Assembly: GCA_905182255.1 (NCBI GenBank)
Contig: CAJJAH010000002.1
Span: 12,069 to 76,068 of the forward strand
Source: Cryomorphaceae bacterium BACL11 MAG-121001-bin54
GTDB lineage: Bacteria; Bacteroidota; Bacteroidia; Flavobacteriales; BACL11
Direction of reading: 5' to 3'
Length of the DNA: 64,000 bases
Shown here: in pieces, positions 18,294 to 28,347 of the stretch
Layout of the letters: each line of letters starts with the position of its first letter
How positions within the stretch are numbered: the stretch's first letter is position 1
Notes under the pieces: model-generated
Seen by the model: only the letters and a program-made list of their open reading frames with translations
Database searches by the model: none
Told to the model about the DNA's origin: nothing
Position numbers and translations under genes: made by a program

Positions 18294-18725
18294 TTATTTT
18301 TTGTTAAAATCATAGTTATAATCAATTATCTCCCATATATTTTTATCATTCTGTTTTAAAAGAATATGTTCATTATGATTTGATGTATTTGTGTAATCAG
18401 TTTCATAATCTATGAAAACATAGAATCCATTCTCCATTCCATCTATTTCAGTTTGGAATCTTTTTTCTATACTATTTCTGCTTACTAATCCTCCAAATTC
18501 AAATATTAACTCATTCATGAGGTTGCACCAGGCTTCTTTCTTGTAAGTGGCTTTAATTTCACTTGAAAGACTCATATAGGCATCCTCATATTGTTTATTG
18601 TTAATGTTCATTAACCATTCATCAGCAATTTTACTTGCATCTAAAAGATATTGATCAGTATATTTTTGTGCACTTACTGAACACATACATAATACTGAAA
18701 AAAGTACTAAGGCTATTTTTTTCAT
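18294..18725 (-). CDS. DUF4019-like secreted protein
   Basis: Signal peptide from MKKIALVLF (likely start 18725); A..WL..I...Y..AY...S; FGGLVSR; YETDY; W.I..Y. Confidence 0.7.
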   Translation of the reverse strand: MKKIALVLFSVLCMCSVSAQKYTDQYLLDASKIADEWLMNINNKQYEDAYMSLSSEIKATYKKEAWCNLMNELIFEFGGLVSRNSIEKRFQTEIDGMENGFYVFIDYETDYTNTSNHNEHILLKQNDKNIWEIIDYNYDFNKK

Positions 18726-18858
18726 GCTATGTTTTAATCTGTAAAAATAGTAATTTCCAAATTGAATCTTTAACAAAACACATTTTTATAGGTTTCAGTA
18801 ATATCATATTGTTTAGAATTTCTATATTAATTGACTAAATTCATAAAATTACAACATA

Positions 18859-19080
18859 AGTTATTAACTACTATACCTAGGGAATAATGTGCTCTTATCT
18901 AGCAATTAATATATTATTTTGTAATATGATAGTTTTATTATAAGTTACTGTTATTTAAGTGTTTATGTAGTATATTATTTTTATTGTTATTTTGATTTCC
19001 AAAGTTATTTTCAAAAGTTATTTTTGTTTTATATTTTATAGTTATTAACAATAATTTTTGCTCTTATCTAGTAATAAATA
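18859..19080 (+). repeat. Composite direct repeats in an AT-rich intergenic region
   Basis: agttattaac at 18859 and 19040; tgctcttatctagYaatWaata at 18890 and 19059; aaagttatttt at 19001 and 19015. Confidence 0.7.
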
Positions 19081-19143
19081 ATTTACGTGATATTTTTTTC
19101 TATATTAGTGCCATTAATAATTTATTAACCAAAAATAAAAAAT

Positions 19144-19368
19144 ATGGCTTATAAGCACACAAACGAAAGAGGAACAACTTACTACTTACACAAGCAAGAA
19201 GTTACTTTAAAATCAACAGGAAATGTACAAACTATATATTTCTTTGCTAAAGAAGAATTAACTGTTTCTAAAAAAGGAAATCCAGTAACTTGTTTAGACG
19301 CTTTACCTGATGGTAAAATGGTTAAGGAAAATAGTAGAACAGGTTTGCCATTTGTTAAAAAGAAATAA
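19144..19368 (+). CDS. Small basic hypothetical protein
   Basis: 74 aa, Lys/Thr-rich, with G.TYYLH...V.L, TIYFF.K and N.RTGLP..KK motifs; followed by its own terminator. Confidence 0.85.
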   Translation: MAYKHTNERGTTYYLHKQEVTLKSTGNVQTIYFFAKEELTVSKKGNPVTCLDALPDGKMVKENSRTGLPFVKKK

Positions 19369-19383
19369 TTTTTTTATAAAAAG

Positions 19384-19415
19384 AAAAGCCCTAACATTTG
19401 TTAGGGCTTTTTTTT
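19384..19415. terminator. Bidirectional intrinsic terminator
   Basis: Inverted repeat aaaagccctaaca / tgttagggctttt with a T-run, between convergent genes. Confidence 0.9.
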
Positions 19416-19432
19416 GCTTTTTATTTTATTGT

Positions 19433-20110
19433 TTAGTCTCTTAACATTGATACATAGTAAAGTAGATATGTTGCTGCTGCTAATGCTGCAACTACGTAAG
19501 TGCTAGCAGCCCATTTTAATGCATCATCTGCGTAATTTAATTCTTGATCGCTTGTTATTCCTGATGAACGTAGCCAAATTAAAGCTCTTCTACTCGCATC
19601 AAATTCAACTGGTAATGTAATTAAAGTAAAAGATGTAACTATAGCTTGTAAAACAATAAATACCATCAGAAGATTAGTAAATCCTAAACCTATATAGCTA
19701 CCACCTATTAGACCAAAAATAAAGACAGTACTCATCATTTTATTACTCATGTTAACTACAGGAACCATCATTGAACGCATTTGTAACCATGAATAAGCAG
19801 TAGCATGTTGAACAGCATGTCCACATTCATGCGCTGCTATAGCAGCCGCGGAAACATGTCTGCCTTGGTAAACATCTGGACTTAGATTAACTGTTCTATC
19901 AACTGGGTTGTAATGGTCAGTCAGTTTTCCAGGAACTGAAATTACTTTTACGTCATATATATTGTTGTCAGCTAACATTTTTTCAGCTATTTCCTTACCA
20001 CTCTTACCAGAAATGGTTGGGATTCTACTATATTTTTTTATTTTAGATTTAAGTCTTGAACTTACAATACCACCAGCAATCATAAAGCCTATCATTATTA
20101 TCCAAATCAT
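19433..20110 (-). CDS. Membrane zinc metallopeptidase (YugP / Zn_peptidase_2 family)
   Basis: LTDHYNP, AAHECGHAVQH, TLPVEFDAS.RAL, AA.TYV.AA. Confidence 0.92.
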   Translation of the reverse strand: MIWIIMIGFMIAGGIVSSRLKSKIKKYSRIPTISGKSGKEIAEKMLADNNIYDVKVISVPGKLTDHYNPVDRTVNLSPDVYQGRHVSAAAIAAHECGHAVQHATAYSWLQMRSMMVPVVNMSNKMMSTVFIFGLIGGSYIGLGFTNLLMVFIVLQAIVTSFTLITLPVEFDASRRALIWLRSSGITSDQELNYADDALKWAASTYVVAALAAATYLLYYVSMLRD

Positions 20111-20209
20111 AATTATATTTTTTAATATTTATTATTATGCAAAATTAGGAAAATTCCTTCGTAGTATACAAAAATAATATAGTAATTTTGCTAAATAAAA
20201 CCTAAACAA

Positions 20210-20977
20210 ATGAAAAGACCATTAATTTTAGTAACAAATGATGATGGTATATCTGCTTCAGGAATACGAAATTTAATTCGAATTATGAATGATTTCGGTA
20301 ATGTTGTTGTTGTAGCCCCAGATGGACCACAATCAGCAATGGGGCATGCTATTACAATTGATTCGGTTTTAAGATGTGATGAAATTATAGTAAATAAAGG
20401 GTCTCAAAAGGAATATTCGTGCAGTGGTACTCCTGTTGATTGTGTGAAATTAGCAATTAATCAGTTGTTAGAGACTAAACCTGATTTATGTGTTTCAGGT
20501 ATTAATCATGGTTCTAATTCTTCTATTAATGTTATATATTCTGGTACTATGTCAGCTGCAGTAGAAGGAGCTTTGGAAGGAATTCCTTCAATTGGATTTT
20601 CATTGTTAGATTATTCTCATGATGCTGATTTTTCTGAAGCAGAACTTTACATAAGAAAAGTAACACAAACAGTTTTGGAACATGGAATGGATAAAGGTGT
20701 TTGTTTAAACGTTAATATACCTAAAGTAATAGAAAATAAAAAAATACAAGGAATCAAGATCTGTAGGCAAGCTAGAGCTAATTGGGAAGAACAGTTTGAA
20801 AAAAGGGTTGACCCTAAAGGCAGAGCATATTATTGGCTTACAGGTAAATTTGTTAATTATGATGAAGGAAAAGATACTGACGAGTGGGCATTAGCAAATC
20901 ATTATGTTTCGATTGTTCCTGTTCACTTTGATATTACTGCTTACCCCTCGATATCATCATTAGCTAAAATTTTCTAA
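20210..20977 (+). CDS. surE: 5'/3'-nucleotidase SurE
   Basis: ILVTNDDG, SGTPVDCV, SGINHG, YSGTMSAA.EG. Confidence 0.97.
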   Translation: MKRPLILVTNDDGISASGIRNLIRIMNDFGNVVVVAPDGPQSAMGHAITIDSVLRCDEIIVNKGSQKEYSCSGTPVDCVKLAINQLLETKPDLCVSGINHGSNSSINVIYSGTMSAAVEGALEGIPSIGFSLLDYSHDADFSEAELYIRKVTQTVLEHGMDKGVCLNVNIPKVIENKKIQGIKICRQARANWEEQFEKRVDPKGRAYYWLTGKFVNYDEGKDTDEWALANHYVSIVPVHFDITAYPSISSLAKIF

Positions 20978-20978
20978 A

Positions 20979-21263
20979 ATGATGAATAAAGATGTTGCTA
21001 AGGGTTTTTCTATAGGAGTATTTGCACCAATTATTGCATTTGTTATTTATGTTGGTTTTTATTTAGAGGTTGAATTTGATTCAGCAATTTACATGATTAA
21101 TAAAATGGGAACTATTACACATCACATTAGTTTAAGTGTATTTTTAACAAATACACTCTTATTTTTTATGCAAATAAAACTATCTAAAGATGAGGCTGCC
21201 AGAGGAATACTTGGTGCTACCATAGTATATGCAATCTTAGTACTTATCTTAATTTTATTTTAA
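20979..21263 (+). CDS. Small three-TM hypothetical protein
   Basis: Hydrophobic, with an ARGILGATI motif; in the surE-lpxB operon. Confidence 0.75.
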   Translation: MMNKDVAKGFSIGVFAPIIAFVIYVGFYLEVEFDSAIYMINKMGTITHHISLSVFLTNTLLFFMQIKLSKDEAARGILGATIVYAILVLILILF

Positions 21264-22345
21264 TGAAGTTCTACATTATTACTGGTGAACCTTCTGGAGA
21301 TTTACATGCTGCTAATTTGGTAGAGGAACTTAAAAAATGTAATAATGAATTAGAGTTTAGAGCTTGGGGAGGAGAACGCTTATTAGCACAAGGAGTTAAG
21401 TTAGCTAAGCACATAAAAGAAACTGCTTTCATGGGGTTTTTGGATGTTTTGAAAAATTTAGGGGCTATAAAGAAAAATTTAAATTATTGTAAGCAAGATA
21501 TTTTAAAATATAAACCTGACGCACTTATTTTAGTTGATTATCCTGGTTTTAATTTAAAGATTGCAAAGTTTGCAAAACAGCAAGGGATAAAGGTATTGTA
21601 TTATATTTCTCCAAAAGTTTGGGCTTGGAATAAAAGCAGAGTAACTAAAATAAAAAGATATGTTGATGAACTTTTAGTAATTTTCCCTTTTGAAGTTGAT
21701 TTCTATCAAAAATATGGAATGAAAGTAACCTATGTTGGGAATCCTCTGTTGGATGAAATTGGCAAGGGAAACTTTAGTTTTTCTTATAGCACTGAAAAAC
21801 CAATAATTGCTTTGTTACCTGGAAGTAGAAAGCAGGAAATAGAAGGTATACTTCCTGAAATGTTAAGGATAGTTAGCCATTACCCGAATCATCAGTTTGT
21901 TATTGCAGCAACTAATAATTTTAGCAAGCAATATTATCACTCTTTCATTAAGGAAAATAATATAAAATTAGTATTTGATGAAACTTATGGTTTACTTTCT
22001 AATGCTACTGCTGCTTTAGTTACTTCTGGTACTGCAACTTTAGAGACTGCATTGTTTAAGGTGCCACAAGTAGTATGTTATAAAACCAATTGGCTTACTT
22101 ATTTTTTAGCAAAAAACCTGATTAAAATTAAGTATTTATCATTAGTAAACATCTTAATGGATAAGTTGGTAGTAATGGAACTTATTCAGAAAGAATTGAA
22201 TAAATATAGGATAAAAGTTGAATTAGATATCCTGTTGAATAATAATAAGAAAATCTTAACTGATTATGAAAAAATTATTGATTTGCTAAACAAAAAAGGG
22301 GCTTCAAAAAATGCTGCTCAATTTATTATTTCTTTTTTTAGATAG
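21263..22345 (+). CDS. lpxB: Lipid-A-disaccharide synthase
   Basis: GEPSGDLHA, DYPGFN, YYISPKVWAW, LLPGSRKQE, TSGTATLE. Confidence 0.97.
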   Translation: MKFYIITGEPSGDLHAANLVEELKKCNNELEFRAWGGERLLAQGVKLAKHIKETAFMGFLDVLKNLGAIKKNLNYCKQDILKYKPDALILVDYPGFNLKIAKFAKQQGIKVLYYISPKVWAWNKSRVTKIKRYVDELLVIFPFEVDFYQKYGMKVTYVGNPLLDEIGKGNFSFSYSTEKPIIALLPGSRKQEIEGILPEMLRIVSHYPNHQFVIAATNNFSKQYYHSFIKENNIKLVFDETYGLLSNATAALVTSGTATLETALFKVPQVVCYKTNWLTYFLAKNLIKIKYLSLVNILMDKLVVMELIQKELNKYRIKVELDILLNNNKKILTDYEKIIDLLNKKGASKNAAQFIISFFR

Positions 22346-22515
22346 AAATCTAATTGGTATGCAGCATATTCATTTGCACCTAAATTTAGTAAATATAAAT
22401 CAACTTCATTTTTTTTTGATTAATAATGCGGCAAAAATAACTTTATTAAATTAAAGTGTTATGCTTAGCATAGTACTTGAGGTTTTACATGAGAAGGGAT
22501 GTGAATGAAAAAATG

Positions 22516-22974
22516 CTACAGCAAGCCAAATTGACTCAAATGATGAATATAATGCTTTCTTTGAAATATTGACCATTGTGCAGCTGTTAATTCCCCAAAA
22601 AAAGGATGGATAGCTTTAAATTCTGTGTTTTCAATTAGAAAGACAAGCATATTATTGCTTGAATTTATTAATTCTGCTTTTAATTCTTCAATGTCCTCAT
22701 TATTATTCGTAAAATTAAACCCTATATCATTTGGAACAACTAACCCTTTTTTTATTGCTTTGTCAGAATATAAAAAGGCAATTGCTTTTTCAACATACTC
22801 TTCTTTAATTAGTAGAGTGTTATTTCCAAAATGCATCATTTTACTGCTTTGTGTTAAATGGATTAGCATTTGTTTGGCAGTCATAGTTCCCCATTTGGCT
22901 TTACTATCTTCTTTTAGGTTTCTTAAAGCATTAGTCAGAGAAGTATCAAAAAAAAGAATTAGTTCTTTTTCCAT
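22516..22974 (-). CDS. DinB-like / DUF1569 protein
   Basis: WGTMTAKQMLIHL; HPFFGELT..QW....KH..HHL.QFG. Confidence 0.8.
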   Translation of the reverse strand: MEKELILFFDTSLTNALRNLKEDSKAKWGTMTAKQMLIHLTQSSKMMHFGNNTLLIKEEYVEKAIAFLYSDKAIKKGLVVPNDIGFNFTNNNEDIEELKAELINSSNNMLVFLIENTEFKAIHPFFGELTAAQWSIFQRKHYIHHLSQFGLL

Positions 22975-23897
22975 TCATTTTGTTCTTTTTTAGTTAGGAA
23001 AGTCCAAGCTACAATTCTGCTAATTTTATTACCAGTACCCATATTAATTGTCTTAACTTCAGATGCTTCTATCTTTTCTAACGAGCTATAAATTCTATTC
23101 AGGTTTTTCTCATTAGAAACTAATGTTGTAAACCATAAGCAGTTTTCAGTATAGTTTACGCTTTCGTTTATCATGTTCTGAATGAATTGCTTTTCTCCAC
23201 CCTCACATATCAGTTCATTTACCATTCCTGAAAAGTTGAGTTGTATTTTTTTTGATCTTTTTCCGGTAAGGTTTCTAACTTTTCGCATGCTACCTTTAAG
23301 GGCTTCTTTTTTTGAAGCATGAAATGGAGGATTACAAATACTAACATCAATTTTATCCTTAGGCTTAATTATTCCTTTAAAGATTTTATTTTCATCTTTT
23401 TGCAATCTGAATTTTACTTTTCCTTTAAGTGTTGGGTTTGCTTTTATGATTTCTTTTGCACAAATAATAGCATCAGCATTTACATCAGAAGCAATAAAAT
23501 TCCATTGGTATTCACTAATCCCCAATATTGGGTAGATGCAGTTTGAACCTACACCAATATCCAAGCAAGTAATATCATTATTTTCCTCTAATAAATCAGA
23601 CATATAATGAATGTAATCTGCTCTACCAGGAATAGGAGGGCATAAATTAGTATCAGGAAAATCCCAATTTTTTATTCCGTAATAATTACTTAAAAGTGCT
23701 TTGTTAAGTAGTTTTACAGCTGCAGGATCAGAAAATCGAATTGAATCCTCTCCATATTTATTTGGTTTTATGTGTTTCTTTAATTTAGGAATTTCCTTTA
23801 GTAGTTCCGCTAAATCATATTGCTCTCTGTTCTTATTTCTTGGGTGCAGATTAGTTTTGATTTTACTTCTTTCGGGTGTTTCCTTTTGTTCTTTCAT
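22959..23897 (-). CDS. rlmF: 23S rRNA m6A1618 methyltransferase
   Basis: LHPRN, LCPPIPGRADYIH, LDIGVG.NCIYP, CNPPF, EL.CEGGE. Confidence 0.95.
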   Translation of the reverse strand: MKEQKETPERSKIKTNLHPRNKNREQYDLAELLKEIPKLKKHIKPNKYGEDSIRFSDPAAVKLLNKALLSNYYGIKNWDFPDTNLCPPIPGRADYIHYMSDLLEENNDITCLDIGVGSNCIYPILGISEYQWNFIASDVNADAIICAKEIIKANPTLKGKVKFRLQKDENKIFKGIIKPKDKIDVSICNPPFHASKKEALKGSMRKVRNLTGKRSKKIQLNFSGMVNELICEGGEKQFIQNMINESVNYTENCLWFTTLVSNEKNLNRIYSSLEKIEASEVKTINMGTGNKISRIVAWTFLTKKEQNEWKKN

Positions 23898-23907
23898 TTC
23901 TTTCTGA

Positions 23908-24249
23908 TTAACCCTTTTTTACAAATTCTGATTTTAGCTGCATAGAACCAAATCCATCAATTTTACAGTTGATATTATGCTCTCCTTCAGTTAAGCGAAT
24001 GTTCTTTACTTTGGTGCCTGATTTTACTGGTTTTGGAGCCCCTTTAACAGGGAGGTTTTTAATAACGATAACGCTATCTCCTGTTTGTAAGCGAGTTCCA
24101 TTACTGTCCAAAACTACAAATCCTCCTTCCATTTCTAATTCTTTAGGGCTCCATTCATTTGCACATTCAGGGCAAGTATAGGAATCATTTCCTGTTGAAT
24201 ATCCATAAGGAGATTCGCAAACAGGACAGGCTTTCATTTCTTCTGACAT
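23908..24249 (-). CDS. phnA: PhnA/YjdM zinc-ribbon protein
   Basis: CPVC...CPECANEW; DSNG..L..GDSV..IK.L.VKG; GTKVKNIRL; LKSEFVKK. Confidence 0.9.
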   Translation of the reverse strand: MSEEMKACPVCESPYGYSTGNDSYTCPECANEWSPKELEMEGGFVVLDSNGTRLQTGDSVIVIKNLPVKGAPKPVKSGTKVKNIRLTEGEHNINCKIDGFGSMQLKSEFVKKG

Positions 24250-24254
24250 AATTT

Positions 24255-25952
24255 CTAATTTATTTTTGAATTCGTAATTTTCATAATCTCATCTTCCAAG
24301 GTACAAGCGTCATCAACTAATTGTTGTCCTCTTTCCAAAATATCTGCAACAAAGTCTTTTTCCTCACAATCTCCACAATTAATTTTAACATTCAAGAAAG
24401 CACTAATTACAGCAGTACGAGCACAAAGTGCACCAACTCCAGCATCTGTTACTGAGTTAGGGTTTCCAAACTCAGCCATAGCTTTCATTACTTCCATAGA
24501 TGCAAAAGCTATTTCCATAACCTTGAAAGGAGTAAGGATAGCATATTTTGTTGCTGCTTGTATTGCTTCTTCTCTTTTAGATTTATCAGCCTCAGTATCT
24601 TTTGGCAATCGGAAAGCATCCATGATTTTATTAAAAGCATTGGTGTCTTCATCTACTAAATCCAATAATGTATTTTGATAAGCCATCCCTTTTTCTGCCC
24701 AATTAGAAAACTCTTCCCATCTATCGTCCCAACCTCTTTTATGTGCCGAAAGGTTAGCAACCATTGTGCCTAAGGAAATTCCCATAACTCCACAATAAGC
24801 TGCAATAGAACCACCTCCAGGAGCTGGGCTTTCACTTGCCGTTTCATTAGCAAAGTCAGTAAGTGTCATATTTACTAATGGTTTGTTGGTATCATTCTCC
24901 AACATGTATTCAATTATTCTTTCCTGCTGATTAAAAGGAGCTAACTCATCTAATCCTAAGCTTTTGATAGCAATTTTTATGATTTCACTTTCATTTATTC
25001 CTGTTGAGCGTTCTTGTTTTTTAAGGAAGTGTTTTCCGGCATCAATCAATACTTTTTTTGGTACCAGTCCTATTAATTCCGAACCAGTAACTCGCATTCC
25101 TCTTGCAATAGAACGCTCACAAGTTTTGTCGAACACTTCATGTAAAGGTGAAATATTAATATTGGTAAGGTTGTATGAGATTTGAGCAACCCCATATTCT
25201 TCAATATACCAGCCAATTCCTTTTACTGCTTTGAATAGTCCTGGTTCTTTTAGAGGATTTCCATTTTCATCTTTCATTATCTTTCCTGATAATGAATCTC
25301 CTTCTCTTTTTATTCTTCCTGCTTCACGGATGTCAAAAGCTACTGCATTTGCTCTTCTTGTAGATGTAGTATTTAAGTTGATGTTATAGGCTACTAAAAA
25401 GTCACGAGCTGAAATAGCTGTTGCTCCTGATTTTTCTACTGATTTATTAAATTCAGCTGGACCGAAATCTGGTTTCCAATCCGCATCTACTAATTTTTTG
25501 GATAAACCTTCATATTCACCTTGTCGGCAGTTTGCCAAATTTTCACGCTTTTTTTCTTTTGCTGCTGCTTCATAATGATAAACAGGAATTCCTAGTTCTG
25601 TTCCAACTCTTTTTCCTAATTTATGTGCCCACTGTGCACACTGTTCCATACTAATATTAGATATGGGTACAAGCGGACAAACATCAGTAGCTCCCATTCG
25701 GGGATGCTCTCCAGAATGCTTGCTCATATCAATTAATTCTTGTGCTTTTTGTATAAGTAAGAATGCAGCATCAATTACGGATTGTGGTTCGCCAACAAAA
25801 GTAATTACTGTACGGTTAGTTGCTTTTCCTGGGTCTACATTTAATAGCTTGACACCATCAATTTCTTCAACTATTTGTGAGATAATTCTAATTTTATCAG
25901 CATCTCTACCTTCTGATATATTTGGTACGCACTCTATAATTTGCTTGCTCAT
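24255..25952 (-). CDS. ftcD: Glutamate formimidoyltransferase / formiminotetrahydrofolate cyclodeaminase (fused)
   Basis: [22 protein letters not shown]; C-terminal cyclodeaminase motifs SPAPGGGS and [11 protein letters not shown]. Confidence 0.95.
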   Translation of the reverse strand: MSKQIIECVPNISEGRDADKIRIISQIVEEIDGVKLLNVDPGKATNRTVITFVGEPQSVIDAAFLLIQKAQELIDMSKHSGEHPRMGATDVCPLVPISNISMEQCAQWAHKLGKRVGTELGIPVYHYEAAAKEKKRENLANCRQGEYEGLSKKLVDADWKPDFGPAEFNKSVEKSGATAISARDFLVAYNINLNTTSTRRANAVAFDIREAGRIKREGDSLSGKIMKDENGNPLKEPGLFKAVKGIGWYIEEYGVAQISYNLTNINISPLHEVFDKTCERSIARGMRVTGSELIGLVPKKVLIDAGKHFLKKQERSTGINESEIIKIAIKSLGLDELAPFNQQERIIEYMLENDTNKPLVNMTLTDFANETASESPAPGGGSIAAYCGVMGISLGTMVANLSAHKRGWDDRWEEFSNWAEKGMAYQNTLLDLVDEDTNAFNKIMDAFRLPKDTEADKSKREEAIQAATKYAILTPFKVMEIAFASMEVMKAMAEFGNPNSVTDAGVGALCARTAVISAFLNVKINCGDCEEKDFVADILERGQQLVDDACTLEDEIMKITNSKIN

Positions 25953-26026
25953 TTTTCTGTTTTTATTATTGCAAACTTAAAGAAATAAATTGCTAAAAAC
26001 TACAAACTAAAAACCAAAAACTATCT

Positions 26027-26034
26027 TACTTTTG
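26027..26034 (+). promoter_or_regulatory. -7 promoter element 5 nt before the queE ATG (probably leaderless transcript)
   Basis: TACTTTTG-tcaat-ATG. Confidence 0.55.
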
Positions 26035-26039
26035 TCAAT

Positions 26040-26672
26040 ATGGATAAACAAACTAAATCAGCAGTGGAAAGTGGAGAGATGCTACCTTTAATGGAAGCAT
26101 TTTATACGATTCAAGGTGAAGGTTATTACTCAGGTAAAGCTGCTTATTTTTTACGCATTGGTGGTTGTGATGTTGGCTGCCATTGGTGTGATGTTAAGGA
26201 AAGTTGGAATGCTGACTTGCATCCACCAACTAGTATTACTGATATTCTAATAGGCATTGCTCAATTTCCTGTGGATACAGTTGTAATAACTGGGGGAGAA
26301 CCCTTAATGTGGAATTTGGATAAATTGACTGCAGCCTTAAAATTGGAGGGTTTAAAAGTACATTTGGAAACTTCAGGAGCCTACCCATATAGTGGTGATT
26401 TTGATTGGGTGTGTATGTCTCCAAAAAAAATGCAAGCGCCCTTGCCAGCAATAAAACCCATAACAAGTGAGTTAAAGGTTATTGTGAATAATAAACATGA
26501 TTTTGTTTGGGCTGAACAGCAAAGGGAAGGATTGACTAATGATTGTAAACTCTACTTACAAGCTGAATGGAGTAAGCGTGAAAAAATAATTCCAATGATT
26601 ATTGATTTTGTAAAAGAAAATAAGGATTGGACCATTTCTTTGCAAAGCCATAAATACATGAATATTCCTTAA
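26040..26672 (+). CDS. queE: 7-carboxy-7-deazaguanine synthase (radical SAM)
   Basis: E.FYTIQGEG, CDVGCHWCD, TGGEP, HLETSG, SLQSHKY. Confidence 0.93.
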   Translation: MDKQTKSAVESGEMLPLMEAFYTIQGEGYYSGKAAYFLRIGGCDVGCHWCDVKESWNADLHPPTSITDILIGIAQFPVDTVVITGGEPLMWNLDKLTAALKLEGLKVHLETSGAYPYSGDFDWVCMSPKKMQAPLPAIKPITSELKVIVNNKHDFVWAEQQREGLTNDCKLYLQAEWSKREKIIPMIIDFVKENKDWTISLQSHKYMNIP

Positions 26673-28282
26673 TGAGATTTTTTCTTGTTATACTATTCTT
26701 GTTTCCTGCAACTTCCTTTGCACAAAAAAAGGATTATAAAACTTATGATAAGGCAGTAAAATATAATAATGAAGGTAATATTAAAAAAGCCATAAAATAT
26801 GCAAATAAAGTCCTTGAGAAATCATCAGATTGGAGTAAACCAAACTTGCTTCTAGCTTCAATTTATGCTAATAATAATCAGATTGAGCTTGCTGCTGATT
26901 ATTTATTAAAGGTTTATGATGAAAATACTCTTAATGATGTAAAAGGAATTGAACAAGTTACTGAACTTTTTTATAATAATGGTTTTTATGAGAAAGCTCT
27001 TTATTACGCTGAAAAAACAATTTCAAATAATATTGAAGAGTACAGGCTAACATCTAAAATTGATAGATATATTGAAAACTGCCAATTTGCAATTAAGGCA
27101 TTAAAAAATCCTATTTATTTTGATGCAACAAATATTGGTGAGCTTGTAAACTCTTCTATGACTGAGTATGTAAATGCAATAACTGTTGATGCAAAAAAAA
27201 TACTTTTTACAAGAAGAATGGAATCGAATCAAAATCGTGATCAAGAGGATCTTTTTGTGTATGATATTCCAAGTAATACAGTAAGTCCTTTACCGTTCAA
27301 TACATTACAAAATGAGGGTGCAATTACGGTTTCTGCTGATGGAACTATGTATGTATATACTGCTTGTGATAGGGCGAACAGTATTGGTGGTTGCGATTTG
27401 TATATCAGACAATATTCCAAGGAGAATGGATGGTCTAAAGAATATAATTTAGGTGAAAATGTTAACACTAATAAATGGGAATCTCAAGCCTGTTTTTCTC
27501 CTGATGAAAAGTATTTGTATTTTATAAGTAATCGTTCTGGTGGTTATGGAAAAGAAGATGTTTGGAGGTCAGAAATTACTAAAAAAGGTTTTATGCCAGC
27601 TAAAAATTTAGGTAGTAGTATTAATACTAATCAAGTTGAAATGTCTCCTTTTTTGCATCCTGATAATTTAACGCTTTATTTTGCCTCAGATGGCCATATT
27701 GGTATGGGTGATGATGATCTATTCGTAAGTAGAAGAGTTAATGCCCAAGAGGATTGGGATATTCCTGAAAATATGGGTTATCCAATAAATACGCACAATT
27801 CAGAAAATTCTTTAATTGTATCAAGTGATGGGAAAACTGCTTATTACACGTCTGATATTAGTGGTTTTGGAAAGGAGGATATCTTTCAGTTTGAATTGCC
27901 TGAAAATTTGCAAGCCGAGCCATTAGCGGATTTAGAATTGGATATCATTACCAACAAAGCAGGAGAGGAGGTAATACTTAAAAATGTAACTTTTGAAAGT
28001 AATTCCTATTCCTTGAAGGAAAGCTCTTTTGATGAATTGAATAAATTAATTATTTATCTTCAAAAGAGCCCGAACTTACAAATTGAAATTCAAGGTCATA
28101 CGGACAATGTGGGTAATGAAACAGATAATAAATTACTATCCAAACAAAGAGCCAAAGTTGTATTTGAATACTTAAGTGCCAAGCTTGAAAATAAATTGAC
28201 CTATAAAGGATTTGGAGAAAGCCAACTTCTAGGAGAGAATAACGATAAGAATAGAAGGACTTCTTTTGTTATTAAAGAGTAA
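26672..28282 (+). CDS. TPR + PD40 beta-propeller + OmpA C-terminal domain protein (PorE-like)
   Basis: N-terminal TPR-like helices; repeated NLG..VNT...E..P; LYFASDGH.G.G; IEIQGHTDNVG...LS..RA..V; NRRT. Confidence 0.85.
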   Translation: MRFFLVILFLFPATSFAQKKDYKTYDKAVKYNNEGNIKKAIKYANKVLEKSSDWSKPNLLLASIYANNNQIELAADYLLKVYDENTLNDVKGIEQVTELFYNNGFYEKALYYAEKTISNNIEEYRLTSKIDRYIENCQFAIKALKNPIYFDATNIGELVNSSMTEYVNAITVDAKKILFTRRMESNQNRDQEDLFVYDIPSNTVSPLPFNTLQNEGAITVSADGTMYVYTACDRANSIGGCDLYIRQYSKENGWSKEYNLGENVNTNKWESQACFSPDEKYLYFISNRSGGYGKEDVWRSEITKKGFMPAKNLGSSINTNQVEMSPFLHPDNLTLYFASDGHIGMGDDDLFVSRRVNAQEDWDIPENMGYPINTHNSENSLIVSSDGKTAYYTSDISGFGKEDIFQFELPENLQAEPLADLELDIITNKAGEEVILKNVTFESNSYSLKESSFDELNKLIIYLQKSPNLQIEIQGHTDNVGNETDNKLLSKQRAKVVFEYLSAKLENKLTYKGFGESQLLGENNDKNRRTSFVIKE

Positions 28283-28347
28283 AACTAAAACTAGGTTTTA
28301 TTATAAATATATTTCTATCGTACTGCTTGTAGTAATCACTTTCCAAG

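Noticed and set aside
18780-19143. Calling this region oriC as a feature
   Set aside because: There is only one or two weak DnaA-box-like matches, no dnaA neighbour, and GC skew cannot be computed here. It is kept only as an alternative hypothesis in the findings.
24255-25952. Formiminotransferase-cyclodeaminase fusion as a novelty
   Set aside because: This is the known bifunctional FTCD architecture.
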